Shown here piece after piece: positions 56,437 to 64,000 of a DNA stretch of 64,000 nt. The notes under the pieces were generated by a model that saw only the letters and a program-made list of their open reading frames with translations, made no database searches and was not told the DNA's origin. How positions within the stretch are numbered: the first letter of the stretch is position 1; each line of letters starts with the position of its first letter. This DNA is from Candidatus Saccharimonadales bacterium. Lineage in GTDB: Bacteria; Patescibacteriota; Saccharimonadia; Saccharimonadales; DASZAF01. Made by a program: the position numbers and the translations under genes. The stretch covers positions 3,578-67,577 of the forward strand of contig DASZAF010000024.1 in NCBI GenBank assembly GCA_035945435.1, in the 5' to 3' direction.

Positions 56437-56949
56437 CTAAGAGGCCTCGCTCTGTTCCTGTCTTAGTGCGGCCCCGGATTGATCGGCGTCCCATGTCGTA
56501 GTTGATAATAGACTACGTACTCTCCTGTCGATTTCCGCGGCACCAGGCTCGAGAAGTCGAGGTGAGCCTCCTGCGAGAGGATAGTCTCGGTATGTGACTG
56601 AGAAATTATCGAGATAATCGCTTCTCTGTCCGTTTCCTCCGATGAGCACTTCATAGCGTATTGGATCGTTTGCAGTCGGTCGATCGAGCGGTGAGGTCAT
56701 CCATACAGTCACAGGCCATCTGGAGTCGTGGCGACCGCGGCGTACATCGTGAACTTCAGCAAAGTCCTCGTCCACCTCTGCCGATCCGGTTATTACGCTC
56801 AACGATTCGGGCCCAGCTTCGCTGTTTAGCGCAGTTGAGGCCACTACATCCGCCTTATCTCTAAAGAGGCGCTTCAAGGCTTCTATGGTCGCCCCGCGTT
56901 CTTCTTCGGGGCTGCCTAACATGTGGACTGGCTCATGTTGTTCGGTCAT
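56437..56949 (-). CDS. Hypothetical protein
   Basis: 170-aa ORF with extended -10 TGCTATACT 10 nt upstream. Confidence 0.6.
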   Translation of the reverse strand: MTEQHEPVHMLGSPEEERGATIEALKRLFRDKADVVASTALNSEAGPESLSVITGSAEVDEDFAEVHDVRRGRHDSRWPVTVWMTSPLDRPTANDPIRYEVLIGGNGQRSDYLDNFSVTYRDYPLAGGSPRLLEPGAAEIDRRVRSLLSTTTWDADQSGAALRQEQSEAS

Positions 56950-56988
56950 ATTTTAAGTAAGTATAGCAAAAAGTGAGTTGAGTATTAG

Positions 56989-59556
56989 CTAACTTACCGC
57001 AAACCAGATAGGTCCACCGCCTGAAGCAAAAGTTATAGACGTCGGCGGGGTTGCGCCTGCTCCGGTCCCGAGCTGCGCACTACGTTGTGCGCTACCCGTA
57101 GCACCAAAGTTAACCGCCGTAGGTCCTAGGGTCGGATCACCACGCAGAAAGCTGCAAGAAGTCCCATTGTAATAGACAGCTGCCCAGTATTTCCCAGGCG
57201 TTAAGGTAAGTGATTGGCCACTAGCAACCGTGAGGGTTACCGTATTGCTCCCCGCTCCGTTCAACCCGACACTCGCCCAATTAGAGCTTTGATCAGCGGT
57301 GTAACCAAGTAACGTGCCACTCGAATTATAGATTAGGCCGTAGCATTGTCCGGAGGTAAGGGCCGAACCCGCAGTTTGGACATACACATAGAATTTGCTT
57401 ATTGTCGTCGACTGACGGATTTGAAAGGCGCTACCGCTGATAACGCCGGAGCCAGGGTTATAGCCTTGGTTCTGGAGCTGGAATGGGTCGCACGTCCAGG
57501 AAGCAAGACCGGAATCTGCTGGTTGCCATGAGCTATTAGTATTAACGGATGTAAGTTCAGCCCATGTCCCTGGACTTCCGGCAATTTTGCAGATCCAAAT
57601 ATTGGCGGTTTGGTCAATGATAAAGTCACCGACTGCAAACGTTCCCGAAGTAGGGGCACCCGAAGCCGTTGCACCTACATATCGGCTTGCAGCCGTTGCA
57701 CCAGATAAACCAGAAGCTACAAAAGTCGGTGAGCTCATCGTTCCAGAGACGGTCAGACTGTCGTCGGTCTGGAGTAGCCCGGCAGAGTTTCTGTATAGAT
57801 TCGTATCACCTGCGGCACTGCCCGACCCCCAAAGCAACTTACCATTTGAATCAATGATGAGTCTTTGCTGGGAGTCGGCGTTGACGTACACGCCAACCAC
57901 TTTGTCTCCTGCCGCATTCGCTTGAAGCATCGCAGAAGGAACCGATGGCGTTGAAATCGAGTTGATTAAGGTAAGAATCGCCGCAGATGCTTGTCCTGAT
58001 TGCAGCGTCAGTTTCCCATTCCAGCTGGGAGGGGCGGTATCAGTTCTCACGACTAGGGGCGGGAAATGGGTAAATAGATTCGAATTTGTCGTTCCGGAGC
58101 CGCCAAAATCGGTTAAGAAGTGCGGGACTCCCTGTCCAGTGCTGGCAAGATTTACCGGGTTCTGTACACCAACGTTGCCCAGAGCTACTACATTCGATTG
58201 GTACCTAGAGAGGTAGACGGACCCAGTGGCCGACCCACTCCAGTTGAGGTCATAGCAGTTTATACTGTTACTTGCACCTTGCCCGTTACTATCAAATGTG
58301 CACATGTTGAATCTAATATCCGACCCGCTACCTACGACTCTTGCCCCATCTGAGTAGTTATTGAAGAATCGGAAGTTCGTAAAGAAGCATTTGTGAGTAC
58401 CGTCACTACCGCTGTTGCCTACTGTTAGGGCAGTCAGTCCTTGTTGGGCTTCGCCTTGGACAAAACGAATATCCGTTGGAGATCCGTTAGCCCCGTTCTG
58501 GATGGTAATAATTGAATTCGTTCCACTGCCGTTTGGGAAACAGCCGAGGTCCATGTTCGTAAAATAGTGACTTGCGCAGTTTCCAACGATATTAATTGTG
58601 GAGCCGCTCGACGCGTCACTTATGGCGGCATTGAAGTTGACGGCCGTAATGTCATAGCAGTCTTGAAATCGAAAGACATCAAGATTGGCAGAGTTACCTG
58701 TTGCCGCACCAATCTGCTGAAAGTTGATATCAGACAAAAAGTGCTGCGCCCCCCAGCCAACATTGGTATTGCTCTGGATATGAATACCCCCAGCACAATT
58801 GAGGCCGCTCAAGCTTCGAAGCATCGTGGCAAATCCGGCGTTCACACTCGTTGCCACCGACTCTATACACCAGCCGTTAATGTACTGGAAGAAGACGTTT
58901 GAGACACGACAGTTTCGCCCACCTTGCAGTAGTATGCCATCGGCCACTGGGTTATTAGTGATGGTCGACGAAGAACCTATAATTGATAAGTTTTCAATGC
59001 CACAGTAGCCTGCGGTAACTGATATTACTTCAGCGCCAGTAAAGGTTGGGCCAATAACGATTTTGGTGGCATTTGGCCCATCGCCAGATATCCGAAGCCC
59101 GGTGGTGCCGATTGTCAAAAGCGTACTGGCGTTAAACAAGTAACTTCCAGCTGGTAGGTATACTGTCTGTCCCTGTGATGCAGCAGCTAGAGCGCTTGCA
59201 ATTGCCGATGAGTCGTCTGTAGTTCCGTTTCCTGTAGCTCCGTACTGTTTGACATTAATCCAATCAGTTGTGCCAACTAAGGTACTCCACCCAGCCGTAC
59301 TGCCGTTGGTCGCAGTGAGCACCTGTCCACTACTCGGAGTTCCAGTAATAGCAACCCCGTTAATCTTTGTTACTGCAGGATTAGAGTAAGTCCCGGATAA
59401 ATCACCAGCAGCTGAAGTCTCTTGTGTTATGACACCAGCACTCTGCAGCGCGCTCGGCAGGATTGTCCCATCTTGGTTCAAGGAAACTTCAAGAAAGTCA
59501 TTGAGGATGGTCCCCCAATTTCCCGAATCTCCTCCAACATCAGGCAGTCTGGCCAT
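56989..59556 (-). CDS. Tailspike-like protein B (paralog of 25336-28731)
   Basis: MARLPDVGGDSGNWGTILNDFLEVSLNQDGT; WINVKQYGATGNGTTDDS; beta-helix; one repeat; SRYVGATASGAPTSGTF..GDF..DQT module. Confidence 0.8.
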   Translation of the reverse strand: MARLPDVGGDSGNWGTILNDFLEVSLNQDGTILPSALQSAGVITQETSAAGDLSGTYSNPAVTKINGVAITGTPSSGQVLTATNGSTAGWSTLVGTTDWINVKQYGATGNGTTDDSSAIASALAAASQGQTVYLPAGSYLFNASTLLTIGTTGLRISGDGPNATKIVIGPTFTGAEVISVTAGYCGIENLSIIGSSSTITNNPVADGILLQGGRNCRVSNVFFQYINGWCIESVATSVNAGFATMLRSLSGLNCAGGIHIQSNTNVGWGAQHFLSDINFQQIGAATGNSANLDVFRFQDCYDITAVNFNAAISDASSGSTINIVGNCASHYFTNMDLGCFPNGSGTNSIITIQNGANGSPTDIRFVQGEAQQGLTALTVGNSGSDGTHKCFFTNFRFFNNYSDGARVVGSGSDIRFNMCTFDSNGQGASNSINCYDLNWSGSATGSVYLSRYQSNVVALGNVGVQNPVNLASTGQGVPHFLTDFGGSGTTNSNLFTHFPPLVVRTDTAPPSWNGKLTLQSGQASAAILTLINSISTPSVPSAMLQANAAGDKVVGVYVNADSQQRLIIDSNGKLLWGSGSAAGDTNLYRNSAGLLQTDDSLTVSGTMSSPTFVASGLSGATAASRYVGATASGAPTSGTFAVGDFIIDQTANIWICKIAGSPGTWAELTSVNTNSSWQPADSGLASWTCDPFQLQNQGYNPGSGVISGSAFQIRQSTTISKFYVYVQTAGSALTSGQCYGLIYNSSGTLLGYTADQSSNWASVGLNGAGSNTVTLTVASGQSLTLTPGKYWAAVYYNGTSCSFLRGDPTLGPTAVNFGATGSAQRSAQLGTGAGATPPTSITFASGGGPIWFAVS

Positions 59557-59698
59557 GAGTATCAAAAACTCCCACGTTATCTGAAGCGGTTACGATTAAG
59601 TGTAGCATGGCGGGTAGTGGATAGAGGAGTGAGAAAGGTCATACGATAGGCGGACGAGCTGCCGTATACTGGTTATTTACTTTATAGTTAGACCCTAG

Positions 59699-60373
59699 AT
59701 GTCCGAGAATCGTCTTACTCGTATATACGAATACCTCAAAGAGGCACAACTAAGTCTCGGTGTATGTGCGCTCATGGCAGTCACGAATGCACTGGACAGG
59801 TCAGGGGCAGGTATGATGGTATATGCGAATAGCCCTTTGTCCGAACAAGCCATACGCGCACTACCGTCTGCACTCCCAACGCCAGTGACAACCGGTAACT
59901 TGCCCGTCGATATTGCTATCCAGGCTGCTGAAACGTTTGTTACCGCTGAAGTTGCCCGAAGAACCAGCTCAGCCAAGCAACTTCTTGGCGGTGCGGTAGC
60001 CGCACAAGTCCTTAGTTGTAGCGTTGACGCCGCCGTCGAGCGAACAGGCTGGTTAAACGCTGCGGAAAGAATGCAACCTGACGTCGGATTCTCAGCAATC
60101 AGTGCTGCCTGGCTAACTAAGTTCTTTCTTGATCGCGCTGAGCGCGCTAAAACACCACTGCGAAAAGGGCTTTGGCGACTAGGTATGGCAGCTTACGCAG
60201 GCACTATCACTCTCGGATACTACTTTATGGACAGAGCGAGTGGTGGAAAGCTGGATTTAACCTCGCACGCCTCTGGCATTGCTGTAGGAGTAGCAATGCA
60301 CGCGCTGGGGAAGCAGCCGGATAACCACGCCTATACTAGTGAACCTACAAACTCCATTGGGAATGGGGTCTAA
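59699..60373 (+). CDS. Rhomboid-like intramembrane protease
   Basis: DVGFSA (GxS) and SHASGIAVG (H..G...G) in TM segments. Confidence 0.55.
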   Translation: MSENRLTRIYEYLKEAQLSLGVCALMAVTNALDRSGAGMMVYANSPLSEQAIRALPSALPTPVTTGNLPVDIAIQAAETFVTAEVARRTSSAKQLLGGAVAAQVLSCSVDAAVERTGWLNAAERMQPDVGFSAISAAWLTKFFLDRAERAKTPLRKGLWRLGMAAYAGTITLGYYFMDRASGGKLDLTSHASGIAVGVAMHALGKQPDNHAYTSEPTNSIGNGV

Positions 60374-60411
60374 GTATCCTAAAAGCGCAAGCGTTATAAT
60401 ACATTGCAGTC

Positions 60412-61323
60412 ATGCAACGTAAACCCTTTCTTCAAATTACGAAACAAAAATTAAGGACTATCCTGGGTTGCCTATGGCTACTTGATGGTCTTCTACAGCT
60501 CCAACCCAAGATGTTCACTAGTGGTTTCGCAAACCAAGTACTGGCTCCTGCGGGCCAGGGACAACCATCATTTGTTCACAGTGGCGTTCACTTAGCGGTA
60601 CATGCCGTCCTTATGCATCCCGCACTATTCGATGCCTGTTTTGCGCTCATCCAGCTCGCTTTAGGAGTGTTGATCTTGCGGAAGAAGACGATGAGATTTG
60701 GGCTTATTGGGTCGATCATATGGGGGTTGGCCGTCTGGTACTTCGGAGAAGGACTCGGTGGACTAGCGGGCGGACAGGCCATGCTGCTTACTGGAGCGCC
60801 TGGCGCTGCTCTACTCTATTCAATTCTGGCTCTTGGCATCCTACCCTCCTACGATAGGGACGAGCACGAGACTAATAGGCAGCCCTCGGATTGGCTCAAC
60901 TATGTATGGTTAGCCGTTTGGGCAGGAGGAGCAGTGCTTCTTCTTTGGGCAAGTCAAGGTGCGAGCTCGATGGTTGCGTCCATGATCAAAAGCATGGCGA
61001 GTGGGACACCACATTGGCTTGCAAGTGTTGATACACATACAGGCAATTGGGTAGCAGCACAAGGTAACTGGTTGCTTTTCGCCTCAATGACAGTATTTGT
61101 AGCTATTGGGCTCACGGCAGTCATGTCACGCAAATGGAAAATTCTTGGAGTCTGTCTGGGCTGTATCCTATCTGCCACGTTCTGGGTCGTCGGACAGAGC
61201 CTCGGCGGATACTACACTGGTCTAGCGACTGATCCGAACTCAGGTCCCCTGCTCATACTGTTGGGTATTACTATCCTCGGGACGAATGAGATACGGCTGG
61301 GTCTGTTTAACAGCTCCCCCTAA
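60412..61323 (+). CDS. Multi-pass membrane protein with an internal duplication (possibly DoxX-like)
   Basis: LWLLDGLLQLQP.MF; VWYFGEGLGG and FWVVGQSLGG; TDPNSGPLL. Confidence 0.7.
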   Translation: MQRKPFLQITKQKLRTILGCLWLLDGLLQLQPKMFTSGFANQVLAPAGQGQPSFVHSGVHLAVHAVLMHPALFDACFALIQLALGVLILRKKTMRFGLIGSIIWGLAVWYFGEGLGGLAGGQAMLLTGAPGAALLYSILALGILPSYDRDEHETNRQPSDWLNYVWLAVWAGGAVLLLWASQGASSMVASMIKSMASGTPHWLASVDTHTGNWVAAQGNWLLFASMTVFVAIGLTAVMSRKWKILGVCLGCILSATFWVVGQSLGGYYTGLATDPNSGPLLILLGITILGTNEIRLGLFNSSP

Positions 61324-61371
61324 ACCTAGCCTTAGGTTAAGGGGGATAGAGGTATGAGATATTGAGGGAGT

Positions 61372-62856
61372 TTACCTAATGGGACTACTATATCTTTCCC
61401 AGAATTGGAGCATGAGCGAACCAGGGCCTTGCGCATCTGTGCCAGTGATAGCAGTTGCCGGGCAAGTGAACGGCACGGATGGGTTGAAGCTGGTTGGTGA
61501 AGTATAGGCTGTTTCACCAGTGATCATAATACCGTCACCCAATGTCCAACCACCTAGCCCAATGTTGTTAGCCGCCAACATATTAAACAATTCGGGCACC
61601 AAGGTCGGTGCATTTACATTGCAAGTGTCGGGTCCTTCGTGGACGCCAAATTCATCGTCAAAAACTGGGACACTCTGTGCAATGGTTGCCCAGTCGGTGG
61701 TCCAGTCGGCCGGGGTATCATACCCACTCTTGAGATATGTATGTATAACATATACGATGCCGCTACCAGACAACTCATAGCTGCCGAGTAAGGCAAGAGA
61801 TTTGCCTCCAGTAACACCCTGTGCCAGTAGCAAGTTAGTGGCACCGGTTGCGCGAATGTCGTCCACTAGGGTCTGCATGCCAACGTAAGTGCCTTTGGGA
61901 ATCGTGCCTCCGTTCCTCCAAAGATTCCAGAGATCAGCTTGTGTGCCACCTACGTCTGTGGTGTCGAGACTGGGCTCATTAAACATATCAAACCAAACGT
62001 GATCATCGTTTCCGTAGACACCGGCCATCGTTTCCCAAAACGTGACAGTATCTGCCTGGGGAGATTGCTGTTTGGTAGTGTACTCGTATTGAGCACTGAT
62101 AATAACGTTCATACCGAGGCTCTCAGCATAACCGACCTCTTGCTCAATCGTTGACAAGTAGCCAGGTGTATCGTTATTTACCAAGTCAGGCTGAACTTGC
62201 ATGCGGATGCTATTAACATGCCAGAAAGAAGCTGCCGCGTTCATCTTAGCTTCGTCGGTCTGCACGGTGCTACTCCAGTTGGCGGCGACGCCGGACAAAC
62301 CAAAGAGCGTAATGTCTGATGGTAAATAAGGTTGGCCGTCTTCAAGTATCTGATTCCCCGAGGTTGTGTAGAGTGGAGGCGGTGCAGGTGCATCTACTTT
62401 TACTGTCACTGAAGACGCAGTTGTCCCGGCAGCACCAGTGCATCTTATAGCGTAGCTAGTCGTTGAGTTTGGTTTTACAACTTGCAAACCGTGCGTACTT
62501 GTTGAGGTTGTCCACTGCCCTGGGGAGGTCGCCTTACAGCTGGTGGTGTTCTTGCTGGTCCAAGTCAATGTATCACTCTGTCCATGATCGATCGACGGGG
62601 AAGAGGCCTTTGATAAGACAGTTGGCTTTGCCGAGATAGCCATACCTCTAAATAAAATTACACCGCCGATGATTGCGAGAACAGCTATAAAAAGCAGCAA
62701 CTGGTAAAGCGGCAGTTCTCTTCGTTTGGCAAAATCTCTGAATCCTGGCAGTGGTAATACAATTTTCTTATTTAGATATTTGCCGAAAAACATATGTAGC
62801 ACTTCTATTTTTGTAAGACCTCTGCCGAGTATTAAGTGTTGTAAACGTTTTGTCAA
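61372..62856 (-). CDS. GH5 (cellulase family) glycoside hydrolase with TM and Ig-like domain
   Basis: VNSIRM, FDMFNEP (acid/base), IHTY, DEFG (nucleophile), GW; start uncertain. Confidence 0.85.
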   Translation of the reverse strand: MTKRLQHLILGRGLTKIEVLHMFFGKYLNKKIVLPLPGFRDFAKRRELPLYQLLLFIAVLAIIGGVILFRGMAISAKPTVLSKASSPSIDHGQSDTLTWTSKNTTSCKATSPGQWTTSTSTHGLQVVKPNSTTSYAIRCTGAAGTTASSVTVKVDAPAPPPLYTTSGNQILEDGQPYLPSDITLFGLSGVAANWSSTVQTDEAKMNAAASFWHVNSIRMQVQPDLVNNDTPGYLSTIEQEVGYAESLGMNVIISAQYEYTTKQQSPQADTVTFWETMAGVYGNDDHVWFDMFNEPSLDTTDVGGTQADLWNLWRNGGTIPKGTYVGMQTLVDDIRATGATNLLLAQGVTGGKSLALLGSYELSGSGIVYVIHTYLKSGYDTPADWTTDWATIAQSVPVFDDEFGVHEGPDTCNVNAPTLVPELFNMLAANNIGLGGWTLGDGIMITGETAYTSPTSFNPSVPFTCPATAITGTDAQGPGSLMLQFWERYSSPIR

Positions 62857-62877
62857 TTACCTGACAGAGGATAGCGC

Positions 62878-63999
62878 CTAGATCGATTCCGCTCGTTTGC
62901 GCTTTTTCTGCAAGATATAATCACTAATCTCGCGGATTGCAGCAGCAGGATTGTCCCCAAAGCCATGACCCGTCCCCGGCCAGTCAGTCTCGATAAAATC
63001 TACTTGTGTCGGGTTGATGATAGCCTTTCGCAGATCAGCTGAACGAACTGCAGGGTCGGTTCTGCCACCAGCTATGGTGACACTCTGGCCATCAGTTAAA
63101 GGAATACTGGCGAGAGTCCTGTTCATATGCGCCCTCGCCATAGATTTCTGTTCCCTCCGCATAGAACGTAGAGACTGACGAGGCAACGGCGACGTCTGTG
63201 TTGTCTCTCCGCCAGGAACCTGACCATATTTCCAACGACGATGCGCGGTCCTGACACCTAAGCGTGCCGCACGAATATGCCTTCTAGTGTAACTTCTCTT
63301 ATCTTGCCCTCCTGGGTGTAAGAGAAGTACATCCTCGAAATTAGGGGTCTCAGGAGTAGCCGCAAGACGGGCCATCGTTTCGACCGTACGTATCGCTCCT
63401 CTTGACAATCCGACAAGGTCAACTTTATCAACCCCCAAGTCGCTCAAGGATCTCAGTAGATCTTGCGCCTGAGAGTGATCGATATGTGGGACAGCGTCGG
63501 GCAACCCCACATCAATACGCTTGGTCCTAACACCCTTCTTTCTGGTAACATGACGAACACCTATAACTTCTCTCTGACCCGCCTTGGCAAAATAGGTTAA
63601 GTACTGCTCAAGATCTCTATCTTGTCCCATACCCTGGACAAAGAGAAGTGGTGCCAAGGGTTTATTGGTACTCGGATCGTTCCCGACTTTACCCGGGCTT
63701 ATCGTAATAACTTCTCTATCAGGATATTCATACTTCCTTATGGAGGTCCAAGCATCGAGCGATCTTTCGACTACCGTGGGTCCGCTTGATAACTCGGTGC
63801 TTTGCGGTATTTCACGGCCATAGCGTACCCTGGCAGTTAGTCGGCCCAACTTTTCACCGGTTCGTTTTCGTCTCGCCAAGCGACCATCATCAGATCTCGT
63901 CTCTCCGTCAAGAGGATCGGTGTTGTTAATCGGAGACACCGTGGTTCTTTCAGTCTCGTCCGGTTCAATAGACGATATGGGTGGCAGCTCATCGACTTG
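62878..63999 (-). CDS. Alpha/beta hydrolase-fold protein (5' end probably outside the window)
   Basis: LLFVQG, GLSRG elbow, D and HG near the C-terminus; frame is open from the window edge to the GTG at 63939. Confidence 0.7.
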   Translation of the reverse strand, partial: QVDELPPISSIEPDETERTTVSPINNTDPLDGETRSDDGRLARRKRTGEKLGRLTARVRYGREIPQSTELSSGPTVVERSLDAWTSIRKYEYPDREVITISPGKVGNDPSTNKPLAPLLFVQGMGQDRDLEQYLTYFAKAGQREVIGVRHVTRKKGVRTKRIDVGLPDAVPHIDHSQAQDLLRSLSDLGVDKVDLVGLSRGAIRTVETMARLAATPETPNFEDVLLLHPGGQDKRSYTRRHIRAARLGVRTAHRRWKYGQVPGGETTQTSPLPRQSLRSMRREQKSMARAHMNRTLASIPLTDGQSVTIAGGRTDPAVRSADLRKAIINPTQVDFIETDWPGTGHGFGDNPAAAIREISDYILQKKRKRAESI

Positions 64000-64000
64000 C

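Noticed and set aside
25336-59556. Prophage, suggested by tailspike-like, HNH and baseplate-like genes
   Set aside because: No terminase, capsid, portal, tape-measure or integrase gene; these genes are scattered among housekeeping genes.
1-64000. CRISPR array, tRNA/rRNA, IS elements
   Set aside because: By eye, no spaced direct repeats, cloverleaf/T-loop motifs or transposase ORFs; tRNAscan/Infernal were not run.
1-64000. Genetic code 25 (TGA = Gly)
   Set aside because: Conserved genes are intact under code 11 and several (tatD, metG, rsmA) end in TGA at expected lengths.

Overview
Chromosomal window from a small-genome Patescibacteria (CPR) bacterium, most likely Saccharibacteria. This is inferred from gene content: the mltG-ruvX-'baseplate J-like'-ftsA-like block, a short AlaRS, pyk/pgk/tpiA, and many TM-anchored Ser/Thr-rich surface proteins. 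TGA is used as a stop codon (code 11). The first ~30 kb is mostly housekeeping (LysM protein, mltG, ruvX, alaS, mnmA, iscS, tatD, metG, rsmA, Rpf/YabE-like, pcrA, tpiA, pgk, pyk); the rest is an accessory region rich in surface and membrane proteins. I found no tRNA, rRNA, CRISPR array, integrase or transposase. Most interesting signals: (1) a 28-aa Met-rich leader peptide (MGMM) with a perfect 14-bp stem over the metG ribosome-binding region, a candidate Met-sensing translational attenuator; (2) two unlinked phage-tailspike-like proteins with no prophage, sharing the N-terminal tag ARLPxxGGDSGNWGxILNDFLEVSLNxDGT and other modules but with different beta-helix domains; (3) two large surface proteins with a shared FN3 plus six-repeat C-terminal module ending GQIY, in a cluster with a type IV pilin; (4) three TM-WQHxKV-coiled-coil proteins with swapped distal domains; (5) a structured leader with a uORF upstream of an MFS transporter; (6) widespread leaderless promoter geometry and a recurrent AAGCRTAAG intergenic motif. 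All family assignments come from motif recognition by eye; no searches were run.
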